Virus record (IMG/VR): IMGVR_UViG_3300046028_005277
DNA from: a virus
Reading direction: 5' to 3' (one strand)
Length of the DNA stretch: 64,000 bases
Shown here: positions 28,379 through 36,124 of the stretch, piece by piece
Layout: each line of letters opens with the position of its first letter
How positions within the stretch are numbered: position 1 is the stretch's first letter
Notes under the pieces: generated by a model
Database searches by the model: none
Told to the model about the DNA's origin: nothing
What the model saw: the letters and a program-made list of their open reading frames with translations, nothing else
Program-made: the position numbers and the translations under genes

Positions 28379-28578
28379 GACCTTGTGGTTTGATGGTAAA
28401 TGATGGACATCTCTAGCATTGCTCTGAGTTCTGCATACCCCGGCTTTCTTTTCAGAGCTTCATTCTTTCTGTACTTATTGCGTACACCTTCGATGCCAAT
28501 GGTGGCTTCGTTGCCCTCCAGGCAAAGGGCAATCACTCTCCGGTGTTGCTCCTCCAATTGCTTTAGTTCTTTAGTCAT
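28375..28578 (-). CDS. Hypothetical early protein
   Basis: 67 aa, coupled overlaps. Confidence 0.55.
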   Translation of the reverse strand: MTKELKQLEEQHRRVIALCLEGNEATIGIEGVRNKYRKNEALKRKPGYAELRAMLEMSIIYHQTTRS

Positions 28579-28876
28579 CGCTTGCGTTTTCTGAAATGTA
28601 ATCTAGCCAATGTTCAACCAGCATTTTGTTTGTTGGGTCTTTGAGATCAACCGGTATCTCTGTCTGTGTAGCCTCGTCCCAGAGGGATGCAGATTCGAGG
28701 ATTACATCCTCAAGCTCTGTTGTCCAATCGTGATGGACACCTTTGCTACCCCAGTATTCGTAATCTCCGATGCCCTGGTCTACGGCCACCCAAATACAGG
28801 TGGCCTTTACAAGTGCTTCTCCTTCGTAATTCAGAAGGCCCAGGGACTCATGCCCTTCGATATTCCACTCTTCCAT
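28571..28876 (-). CDS. Hypothetical acidic early protein
   Basis: 101 aa; DQGIGDYEYWGSKG motif. Confidence 0.6.
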   Translation of the reverse strand: MEEWNIEGHESLGLLNYEGEALVKATCIWVAVDQGIGDYEYWGSKGVHHDWTTELEDVILESASLWDEATQTEIPVDLKDPTNKMLVEHWLDYISENASDD

Positions 28877-28878
28877 AA

Positions 28879-29190
28879 TCAGAATAGGGTGATGTGTGTA
28901 CTGCCGGATTCATAGAGCGTTACAGACGCTCCATTTGTCTGAATATCAACCCATCGGAACAGATGCCCTTCTTTCAGGGACACCGAATTAATGTTGTCCA
29001 CTTTTGTGCCAACATAATTGCCGTTCGTTTTCCACGACATCCCTACATAATCGCCATCTATTCCCTCTAGGTGATTGATTTTGAAGTCAAACATGGTGCG
29101 TAAGTCCTCTGGGATTTGCTGAAGGAAAGACTCCGCTTTCCGTAACTTGCTGTAAACCGTTTCCATTTTTGCTGGTGTTAAATTTTCCAT
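28879..29190 (-). CDS. Hypothetical early protein
   Basis: 103 aa; A-rich leader AAGCAAAATG. Confidence 0.6.
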   Translation of the reverse strand: MENLTPAKMETVYSKLRKAESFLQQIPEDLRTMFDFKINHLEGIDGDYVGMSWKTNGNYVGTKVDNINSVSLKEGHLFRWVDIQTNGASVTLYESGSTHITLF

Positions 29191-29195
29191 TTTGC

Positions 29196-29468
29196 TTATT
29201 TATTAATAAAGTTTTCAATTTCTGTTCTAATCGTTAACCAACTGACCCCTTGATCAGCGTCGTGGTTTTCTATCACCTCTGCGAGGATGCCTTCTGCCTC
29301 TGCCTGGGATAGGTTGTAGCCCATTTCATCTGATGCGTAGATGTGGACATCCTCCCAAGTCCAAAGGATGCCACCGGCTCTCCATTGTTTGAGGGTTTCC
29401 TGATTTTGCAGGAAGGTTTTGAAAAGCAATTCGTATTGCTCTTTCCAATATTGCTCTGATGTTTTCAT
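29196..29468 (-). CDS. Hypothetical early protein
   Basis: 90 aa; WTWEDV...LSQAEAEGIL..V..NHDA..G.SW pattern. Confidence 0.6.
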   Translation of the reverse strand: MKTSEQYWKEQYELLFKTFLQNQETLKQWRAGGILWTWEDVHIYASDEMGYNLSQAEAEGILAEVIENHDADQGVSWLTIRTEIENFINK

Positions 29469-29508
29469 TTTGTTTGGTTTAAATTTTCTGCGAAGTAATT
29501 GTTTGCCC

Positions 29509-29811
29509 TTATGCCGGCATAGCGTTTTGTGATGGGCGGTTGTCCTGAGTGATGAGAGGCAACACCACCTTCCACTTCAAAAGTTCTAGCATCACCTTGG
29601 CTTCTTTGCCCGATATTATTTCCACCTTCAGTCCTCCATAGGATATTTCCTTTGTGCCTCGCTTGATCAAGATGCCGTGACTCTCTGCGATGTCTCTGAG
29701 CTTCAGTTCTGCCTCCACTTTGCGTGGAAATATCTCCCAAAAGCATGGCCCTGGGGAGGCAATGCCTCCTTCGATTCCTTCCAAGGGCGTGGTCAATAGT
29801 ATGGTTTTCAT
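29509..29811 (-). CDS. Hypothetical early protein
   Basis: 100 aa, ATGA coupled. Confidence 0.5.
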   Translation of the reverse strand: MKTILLTTPLEGIEGGIASPGPCFWEIFPRKVEAELKLRDIAESHGILIKRGTKEISYGGLKVEIISGKEAKVMLELLKWKVVLPLITQDNRPSQNAMPA

Positions 29812-30326
29812 GCTTCGTATTTTGGGAAATCTACACTATGATTGGCGCAAAAGTTTTCTTGTTGCTGAGGTGTCACAGAAATAGTAACTGGATACTGCAT
29901 CAAGCCCCTCAAGGTGATGGCATCAAACTCTGTGAAGTGAAGGTTGTTTTCCCTTGCGTGTCTCTCAAGAAATTGCAGAGCGTGTACAATATGTGTCACT
30001 TGTGCCTTCGGTAATGTGATTTGTTCAGGGGTGTTTTGGTGATCAATATAGCCCCATATTGCCATGTCAATATTTTCAATCAACTCATCATAATCGGGGC
30101 AAATGATACTCCAATTAACCCACTCTTCGTTAGCCAGGGCGAGCCTCTTCAGCACCCAATCTGTGAGGTCTTGATCGGGCTGAAGGTAGTCCTTCATTGG
30201 GCTATCTTTACCTAGGTCTTGCCAGAAGTTAACCCCTTTTAAGATGTTGTGTTCTGCCGTACTGAATAGAACGATGTTTCTGTCTGACTCTTGCACCCTT
30301 ACGATGCTGATGTTGTAATTTTCCAT
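29808..30326 (-). CDS. Hypothetical early protein
   Basis: 172 aa; preceded by the repeated TTAAACATCAAACAAAATG leader. Confidence 0.6.
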   Translation of the reverse strand: MENYNISIVRVQESDRNIVLFSTAEHNILKGVNFWQDLGKDSPMKDYLQPDQDLTDWVLKRLALANEEWVNWSIICPDYDELIENIDMAIWGYIDHQNTPEQITLPKAQVTHIVHALQFLERHARENNLHFTEFDAITLRGLMQYPVTISVTPQQQENFCANHSVDFPKYEA

Positions 30327-30338
30327 TTTGTTTGATGT

Positions 30339-30527
30339 TTAAAGTGACCAATTATTTTTTTGCTTTTCCGTGATATCCTGAGCATCCAACCAATCGCAGA
30401 ATGTTACCCGAATGTCTACCGGTTGTGCGTTCTGTCTTTTGCTCCTTCTGCCATCTTTGTACAGTAAAGGGTTAACTTCTTTTAACCACTGCCAAAAGGC
30501 TTTCCGCATTTCTTTTTGTGTTTCCAT
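30339..30527 (-). CDS. Hypothetical early protein
   Basis: 62 aa; same leader repeat. Confidence 0.6.
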   Translation of the reverse strand: METQKEMRKAFWQWLKEVNPLLYKDGRRSKRQNAQPVDIRVTFCDWLDAQDITEKQKNNWSL

Positions 30528-30752
30528 TTTGTTTGATGTTTAATTTTTCGTGAAATAAGATGTTGATGATGTCTTTTAAAACTGAATTCGTACGAGCGGT
30601 TTAATTTAATGGTAAACGGCTTACAAGTTCTTTGACGGCAAACCCGACAAGGTAATGCCCGGTAAAACAGAAGGCTATCAATGTTGCCTGGTCTGCTTTC
30701 TTGATGTCTGCAAGGCTGATCAAGCCGGCATTATTGAGGATGTTTTTTGGCT

Positions 30753-31031
30753 TCATATTTCTTCAAAGGTGATGGTTTCGTTGTTGTCTTCTTGATACCA
30801 CCAAAGGAGGTAATTTGCAAGGCTTACAGAGTCTGCCGGAATACCGTTTCCAATTGCCTCCTCTATAGGGTCTGCGAAGTGTTGCTCTGTCTGTTGAGGC
30901 AACCATGTGCGGAATTCTTCCGCTTCTGCCAAGGCTTCAGGATTCAAGCCTAAAAGCTCATACTTTTCTAGGTTTCTGAATACCTCTTTTACAGAGGCAA
31001 TCAGAAGGCGGGTTTCTTTGGATGTTTTCAT
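30753..31031 (-). CDS. Hypothetical early protein
   Basis: Start at MKTSKETRLL; acidic helical. Confidence 0.55.
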   Translation of the reverse strand: MKTSKETRLLIASVKEVFRNLEKYELLGLNPEALAEAEEFRTWLPQQTEQHFADPIEEAIGNGIPADSVSLANYLLWWYQEDNNETITFEEI

Positions 31032-31170
31032 GTTTCTAAATTGCTTTAATGATGTAAGTGAAAAGGACAATTAAAAAGAGTTTTGCCAAAAGAATGATTT
31101 GATCTTTCAAGGGCATCTGCGGGAAATTTTCCATGTTGCTCATTTGTCTATATTTTTTGAAGGATGGAGA

Positions 31171-31425
31171 TTATTTTGAGATCAATACCACTGATACAAA
31201 TTTTGTGTGGTTTGGATGAGGCCATGCAAATTCGTGTTTTGCCATTTGATTGAATGTGATTCGAATCGTGTCACCTACTGAAAACATATTTTTATGAATG
31301 ATTTCAGCGTAATATTTTTCAGAAACTCCAACCGGTTGAACGATCACGGAGGGCGTTACAATTTCTTCCTTTGCACATGATGCCAAAATCGAAATTGTGC
31401 TGATTGCTAGAATTAACTTTTTCAT
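31171..31425 (-). CDS. Lipoprotein
   Basis: MKKLILAISTISILAS-C-AKEE: lipobox Cys followed by a K(D/E)2-type surface export signal. Confidence 0.7.
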   Translation of the reverse strand: MKKLILAISTISILASCAKEEIVTPSVIVQPVGVSEKYYAEIIHKNMFSVGDTIRITFNQMAKHEFAWPHPNHTKFVSVVLISK

Positions 31426-31508
31426 TTTCTTGATTGGTTTAAATTAGTTCCCGCAAGTGCTTTCGATGCATACAGTCTACTTTCGTTACCGCCTTGCGGG
31501 CTTGTTTG

Positions 31509-32231
31509 TTAGTGCTGTAATATCCAAACAGACTTTTGTCCTTTGCCTTGCAATCCTGAGCAAAGCCCGCACTTTGAGCATGTTGACTTAAAGCCGGCCT
31601 CTTCTGATGCGGGACAATTTACAAGCCCTGGAATACCTTGCTTTGTGGCAACAAATGACCTCCAACCTTGCTTTTTAGCAAATTCCGCTTGTGATTCATT
31701 ATGTACAGATGCCATCAAAAAGGCTGAATATTCGGGCTTGCGAAGCCATTGGTGAGTATAGCCTGTCCAATTTTTGGCTTGCAAAGTAATGGAAGACATC
31801 AATTCCAATGGAATTAAGGAAGGTTCGCCATATGTGCCAAATCTGACATAAAGCCCATTGCAAGCGGAAACTATTTGCTGAATGATTTCTGAATTCAATT
31901 CGGGGATTTCATCCCATGTTGCGCTTAATCTGACAGAACGCAAAGAGGACAAAAAGCCTGAATACTGCATCATTTTATGAGTATAGCAAGCCGATAACTT
32001 TGCGCCATTAGAAACGGCAAAAGGACAATCGAAACAGACAGAACCATCTAAGGCAAAAAACGCTTGCATGGTTATTTTTTCGCCCGAATTGGCTAGGTCA
32101 AATTGTTCCTTGCTGAAATGATATGTTTGAACAATCTTTTCGTTTTTGCTAGCAATTTTTTCATTACTAGTGCTGTCAATACGGAAAAGATGCAATACAT
32201 TTCCACTTTTGTAAATAATGCGCTTTTTCAT
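31509..32231 (-). CDS. Cys-rich protein, phage Gp88-like (Fe-S/radical-SAM-like fold)
   Basis: CFDCPF...ACY; VRFGTYGEPS; WTGYTHQW; LMASV; CPAS...CSKCGLC. Confidence 0.55.
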   Translation of the reverse strand: MKKRIIYKSGNVLHLFRIDSTSNEKIASKNEKIVQTYHFSKEQFDLANSGEKITMQAFFALDGSVCFDCPFAVSNGAKLSACYTHKMMQYSGFLSSLRSVRLSATWDEIPELNSEIIQQIVSACNGLYVRFGTYGEPSLIPLELMSSITLQAKNWTGYTHQWLRKPEYSAFLMASVHNESQAEFAKKQGWRSFVATKQGIPGLVNCPASEEAGFKSTCSKCGLCSGLQGKGQKSVWILQH

Positions 32232-32771
32232 TTTGTTGTTTGGTTTGTTGTAACTGATGCAATGATAAAAGGTATTAATTTCATGGAAAGCGTTTTTTAG
32301 ACAGATGGCAGAAATACCGGTATGAATGGAATTATTTAAACGATGAATGGAAAAGGAAAAGGTGGAAAAAGCTTCGTGCGTATGTGCGTATATGAGAAAC
32401 CTTGCATCCAGGGTGAATGATAAGCGGAAAAAATCGGGATGGGAAAACCTCTTATAACTTGACTCCGTTACGCAAGTGTTTCAGGTTTCAGGTTTGCCTT
32501 TTGAATGTTAACCATCCAACACAAACAACACAAAGGATAAGCGTAAAAGGTTTCTGCTTTGCGCCTTTCTTAGAAAGGTTTCTGTTTAGTGGTTAACCTT
32601 GAAGGGATCAATCCTTTTAAGGTTTCTGTTTGCCGTTTCCGTTTTTCGGTTTGTGTTGGTAGGTATGGCACTTATAAGGCAATGCATCAACAGAACCACG
32701 AAACAGAGCCACGGGTTCAAATGGTTTCGGTTTCGGGATGATCGTGATACCGGGGCCTGGGTAGGGGGTAG

Positions 32772-32829
32772 TCCTCATTTCGTTCATTCGTATTGACAAT
32801 TCCTCATTTCGTTCATTCGTGTTAACAAC
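32772..32829. repeat. Imperfect 29-nt tandem duplication in the non-coding divergence region
   Basis: TCCTCATTTCGTTCATTCGT at 32772-32791 and 32801-32820. Confidence 0.85.
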
Positions 32830-33204
32830 ATCCCTCCCTCCTCTTCATCTTGTCAGCATTCCGTTGGGGCGGGGATGTTGTAGATGTTCTTTGGAACAGA
32901 ATACTTAGGGGGGGGGTGTGTTTAACGATATTTCCGTTTAAAGTGTGTCAATTGGGACGGGGGGGTGTTAAAATGGAAACACCAAAAAAGGGGGCTGAAA
33001 AAGAGGGACTAAAAACGGCCATCAAAACAGCGTATTGTATTATTGTATATATATGGGAGCATTTGGTGTGTTTGTTTTTGTGTTGTAAGTGTGTGTGTTT
33101 TAGTGTTGTGTGAGTGTTTATGTTGTAATTCTTATGTAAAGTATTTTATACATTTATATGTGTGAGAGTGCTTAGTAATGTAAATTCTTTTTTACATTTG
33201 CTTT

Positions 33205-33660
33205 ATGAAGCGGAAGGGGAAGAAAGATGTGTTTGGGGGCAGTCCATTTTTGTCCAAGATGGAGTATAGGTATGTTGAGATGGGGGAGGGGGTGTTTTAT
33301 GAGCGTGTTTCCAATGTTCGTGTGTTTCTGGATTCCTTTTTGAATGAGGTTCGTGATGGGATGCCTTTGCGGAGCAAGGAGATGTTTATATGGCTTTTGG
33401 GGAGGGTGCGTAGTGGGGATGATTTGGTGGTGATAAACAGAAGGAAGTACATGGAGAAGATGGGCATAAAGAGTTTGCCCACAGTGAATGTTGCTATTAA
33501 TGGGCTTTTGTGGGCAGATGTCCTTGGGAAGTCAAATGTGAGGGGTGTGTATTTCATTAATCCTGTCCATTTATTTCGTGGGAGCAGGGTGAGGAAGTGG
33601 CCTAAGCAGAGTGCTAAATGGGAGAGCGTAAACAATTCAAATAATGACAGACATATTTAA
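33205..33660 (+). CDS. RepL-like (wHTH) replication/maintenance protein
   Basis: C-terminal GVYFINPVHLFRGSR matches the RepL-type YxxNP...GxR motif; TACATTTG -7 element at 33193-33200. Confidence 0.6.
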   Translation: MKRKGKKDVFGGSPFLSKMEYRYVEMGEGVFYERVSNVRVFLDSFLNEVRDGMPLRSKEMFIWLLGRVRSGDDLVVINRRKYMEKMGIKSLPTVNVAINGLLWADVLGKSNVRGVYFINPVHLFRGSRVRKWPKQSAKWESVNNSNNDRHI

Positions 33661-33889
33661 AGTGAGTGTAATTAGTGGCTGGGTGTTTTGCCGTGGGTTT
33701 GTGGCAACGACAACAAGCGAAGTGAGGTTTAAGATCAATGATGTTATGGCATATTCCAATGCTGGGAACGGAAGGACGCTTTTGCTGTTGAAAGGAGCTT
33801 GCCAGGAATTGTATGTTAACATTCCCATTGAGCAGTTTGATGAATTGATGGGAGTTTCCGTCAATATTGACAATAAGGAGGGGGTGTGA
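33644..33889 (+). CDS. Hypothetical protein
   Basis: 81 aa, overlapping start. Confidence 0.55.
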   Translation: MTDIFKVSVISGWVFCRGFVATTTSEVRFKINDVMAYSNAGNGRTLLLLKGACQELYVNIPIEQFDELMGVSVNIDNKEGV

Positions 33890-33902
33890 TGGAATAAAAC
33901 AA

Positions 33903-33991
33903 CACAGGTTGGTGTAAGTGCGAATGAATAGCACCAAGGGGAACAGCCGGGATATAGCCTGGAGATGGGGGTTCGAGTCCCCCACCTGTGA
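33903..33991 (+). tRNA. tRNA-like element with aberrant D and anticodon arms
   Basis: Acceptor CACAGGT/ACCTGTG, T arm GGGGG-TTCGAGT-CCCCC; the anticodon-position stem CCGGG/CCTGG has a 6-nt loop. Confidence 0.45.
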
Positions 33992-34006
33992 CTAAACAAA
34001 AAAAAC

Positions 34007-34252
34007 ATGAATAGCGACATAACAAAATGTGATGGTGAGGGGTGTCCCGCTAAGGATCATTGTGTGAGATATTTAACGCCTGCTGACGAAAACCTCCAGG
34101 CTTATTTCTTCAAGCCTCCCGGCAAGAGGGGCGAGGAAGGCAAATGGGAATGCGAGATGTTCTGGGGACAGACAAATGAAAATGTAATGAAACAATTAAA
34201 CGACATATTGAACAATGATTTACCAATGGAACGAGCAAACACACGCCTTTAG
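34007..34252 (+). CDS. Small four-Cys protein
   Basis: DITKC-x4-C-x4-CVRY...CEMFW. Confidence 0.65.
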   Translation: MNSDITKCDGEGCPAKDHCVRYLTPADENLQAYFFKPPGKRGEEGKWECEMFWGQTNENVMKQLNDILNNDLPMERANTRL

Positions 34253-34547
34253 TAAGAAATACGGGGCGTTGTACGAGATACAGAGGGATACGGGATTTCT
34301 TATGGATGATGTCCTGAAGGCTATGAAGGACAAGCGTCCTATTGGTGGGTTCTATTACACAAGAACGCCTATGATAGACATTGACGCTCCACAGAGAGGT
34401 GCAAAACAAAAGATGGATATAAAGACTACTCTTATGATGACACAGGAAATGGCTGATGAATTTATTTCCATTGTTGGGCAACGGAATAAGCAGGACATTA
34501 TTCGTGGGCTAATTGGAGACTGGATTAAGAAAGAGAAGAAGAAATAG
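34215..34547 (+). CDS. Hypothetical protein (possible C-terminal ribbon-helix-helix)
   Basis: 110 aa; TTLMMTQEMADEF...KQDIIRGLIGDWI. Confidence 0.5.
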   Translation: MIYQWNEQTHAFSKKYGALYEIQRDTGFLMDDVLKAMKDKRPIGGFYYTRTPMIDIDAPQRGAKQKMDIKTTLMMTQEMADEFISIVGQRNKQDIIRGLIGDWIKKEKKK

Positions 34548-34563
34548 CCGTTATATTTGTTAA

Positions 34564-34803
34564 ATGAAATGGCTCTTGATTGCTCTTCTATTTGTTTCCT
34601 GCAAGAAGGACGAGTGCCAAACTTGCACACAAATGTTGTCCGAGGACTACTATCCCGCAAGGGATGGCTTTCCAAAGACAACATCTAGCAGCTATTATTC
34701 CTGTGGCCCAAACAATTCTTGGATGGGCAACCAAGTAAGCGTACAGAGATTCATTTTAAAGGACACGCTTGTGACAAAGGTGCTGTCTGTGGATTGCCAA
34801 TAA
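34564..34803 (+). CDS. Lipoprotein
   Basis: MKWLLIALLFVS-C-KKDE lipobox and export signal; additional Cys pairs. Confidence 0.7.
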   Translation: MKWLLIALLFVSCKKDECQTCTQMLSEDYYPARDGFPKTTSSSYYSCGPNNSWMGNQVSVQRFILKDTLVTKVLSVDCQ

Positions 34804-34904
34804 CGCTTATGTTTTGTAGTAAAATTGTAAGGTTTAATCTGACAATAATGATACGAAACATAGTTACTTATAATAAGCATTAGAGGCTTTGATTGTAAAT
34901 AAAT

Positions 34905-34985
34905 GGTGGGGTAATGCGTAATGTGGAAATGGCATCACATCCTAAAGGTGGCATCGTTACGGGTTCGATTCCCGTCCTCACCCCA
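34905..34985 (+). tRNA. tRNA-like element with 5-nt anticodon loop
   Basis: Acceptor GGTGGGG/CCTCACC, D stem ATGC/GCAT, T arm ACGGG-TTCGATT-CCCGT; anticodon stem CATC/GGTG around CTAAA. Confidence 0.45.
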
Positions 34986-34996
34986 AATAAAAAATT

Positions 34997-35539
34997 ATGC
35001 CTAAACACGCCCCTCTTCCGTTTCACTTCTATGTGAATGTCCACAATTCGTTCCTCGGCCCCGATATGCCAGAGGGCGTTACAAAGGCTATTTGGCACGG
35101 AATATATTGCCGGGAGTATCAAACACTCTCCTGCCATGTATTCCTTGAATCTGGGGCGCATTGGAGTGGATTGCCTTTGCACAGTTTGTCGGCAAATGAT
35201 AACTTTTGCCGTGAAAGTGAGCAGTTAATGCCTTGGTCAGGGATGGGAGAAGAAATAGAATCTGTATATATGCCTTTTCTTGAAGGGCTTGAGGCAAAAA
35301 TTATAAAGCCTTTTGAGGGAACAGGAAGGCACACAGGAATTATAATTGATTGGAAGGATGGTTATAGCCGCTATCCGGCAGAGCATAAGCCTCTCAATCT
35401 TATTCAAACGGAATCTGGTCAATTTGCACTTTTGCCTAATAATTATGTTATTTACAAAGAGAAGCACTTTGTTAATGAATTGGCAAAGGATAATCTTAAG
35501 CATTACAAAAGAGGAGAAGAAATTTATTGGGAAAAATGA
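34997..35539 (+). CDS. Conserved hypothetical phage protein
   Basis: 180 aa; VFLESGAHWSGLPLH...EHKPLN...GQFALLPNN pattern. Confidence 0.65.
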   Translation: MPKHAPLPFHFYVNVHNSFLGPDMPEGVTKAIWHGIYCREYQTLSCHVFLESGAHWSGLPLHSLSANDNFCRESEQLMPWSGMGEEIESVYMPFLEGLEAKIIKPFEGTGRHTGIIIDWKDGYSRYPAEHKPLNLIQTESGQFALLPNNYVIYKEKHFVNELAKDNLKHYKRGEEIYWEK

Positions 35540-35838
35540 AAAAGACGCTATCATTTGACATGGATGCCGTAATGGGGCTTAATAGGGAGCAACTTGAGGG
35601 ATTTCTTCGTGTAAACGAGCAAGAAATAATAGAATTGCTTGATGAGAACACAATTCTTCATAGAAAAGTAAAGGATTTGGAAAAGGACATTCATATTTAC
35701 AAGGAGCATATTAAAGCCATAGAATCAATAAAAGTGGATGCTAAGGCTTCTAAGTCCGTCTGGAAGACAATTGCTATATCAATTGGTGCTTTTTTTGCGT
35801 TATTTTTGGCTATTTTTAAGGGAGAAAACAACAAATAA
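35536..35838 (+). CDS. Coiled-coil protein with C-terminal TM
   Basis: Heptad pattern, then VWKTIAISIGAFFALFLAIF. Confidence 0.55.
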   Translation: MKKTLSFDMDAVMGLNREQLEGFLRVNEQEIIELLDENTILHRKVKDLEKDIHIYKEHIKAIESIKVDAKASKSVWKTIAISIGAFFALFLAIFKGENNK

Positions 35839-35839
35839 T

Positions 35840-36025
35840 ATGCCTGATTTTGCAATGTGTGAAAACAAAGAGTGTAGCCTAGCTGACGGATGTTATAGGT
35901 TTAATGCTCCCCCTGATAGGCTTTCACAAGTGTATAAGGACTTTCAGCAAGATGATGAGGGGAATTGCGAGCATTATATGGATATATACGAAGATGGAGG
36001 TTTTGATTTACAAAGAGATGAATAA
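35840..36025 (+). CDS. Small four-Cys protein, paralog of 34007-34252
   Basis: DFAMC-x4-C-x4-CYRF...CEHYM. Confidence 0.65.
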   Translation: MPDFAMCENKECSLADGCYRFNAPPDRLSQVYKDFQQDDEGNCEHYMDIYEDGGFDLQRDE

Positions 36026-36062
36026 AATATTGTTTAATGTGTTTTTTGTTTTGCTATGAAAT

Positions 36063-36102
36063 AAGGGGGCTTTTAGTTCCCTTTTTTCTTTTAGTATATT
36101 TG
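36063..36102 (+). promoter_or_regulatory. Terminator hairpin overlapping a -7 promoter element
   Basis: AAGGGGGC-TTTTA-GTTCCCTTTTTT, then TATATTTG at 36095-36102. Confidence 0.55.
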
Positions 36103-36124
36103 TAGAATCATTTTCTCCCATACA

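Noticed and set aside
29465-29746. Alternative-frame ORF overlapping 29509-29811
   Set aside because: No ATG-coupled start or motif; the other frame is ATGA-coupled and more protein-like.
31450-31500. Hammerhead ribozyme (GAAA plus CTG motifs)
   Set aside because: Lacks the CUGANGA core and correct stem topology; kept only as a generic structured RNA.
32772-32829. Possible CRISPR mini-array
   Set aside because: Only two copies, with a 9-nt spacer and no cas genes.
33614-34020. Antisense ORFs over the tRNA-like element and gene 33644
   Set aside because: Shadow ORFs of plus-strand features, with no motifs.
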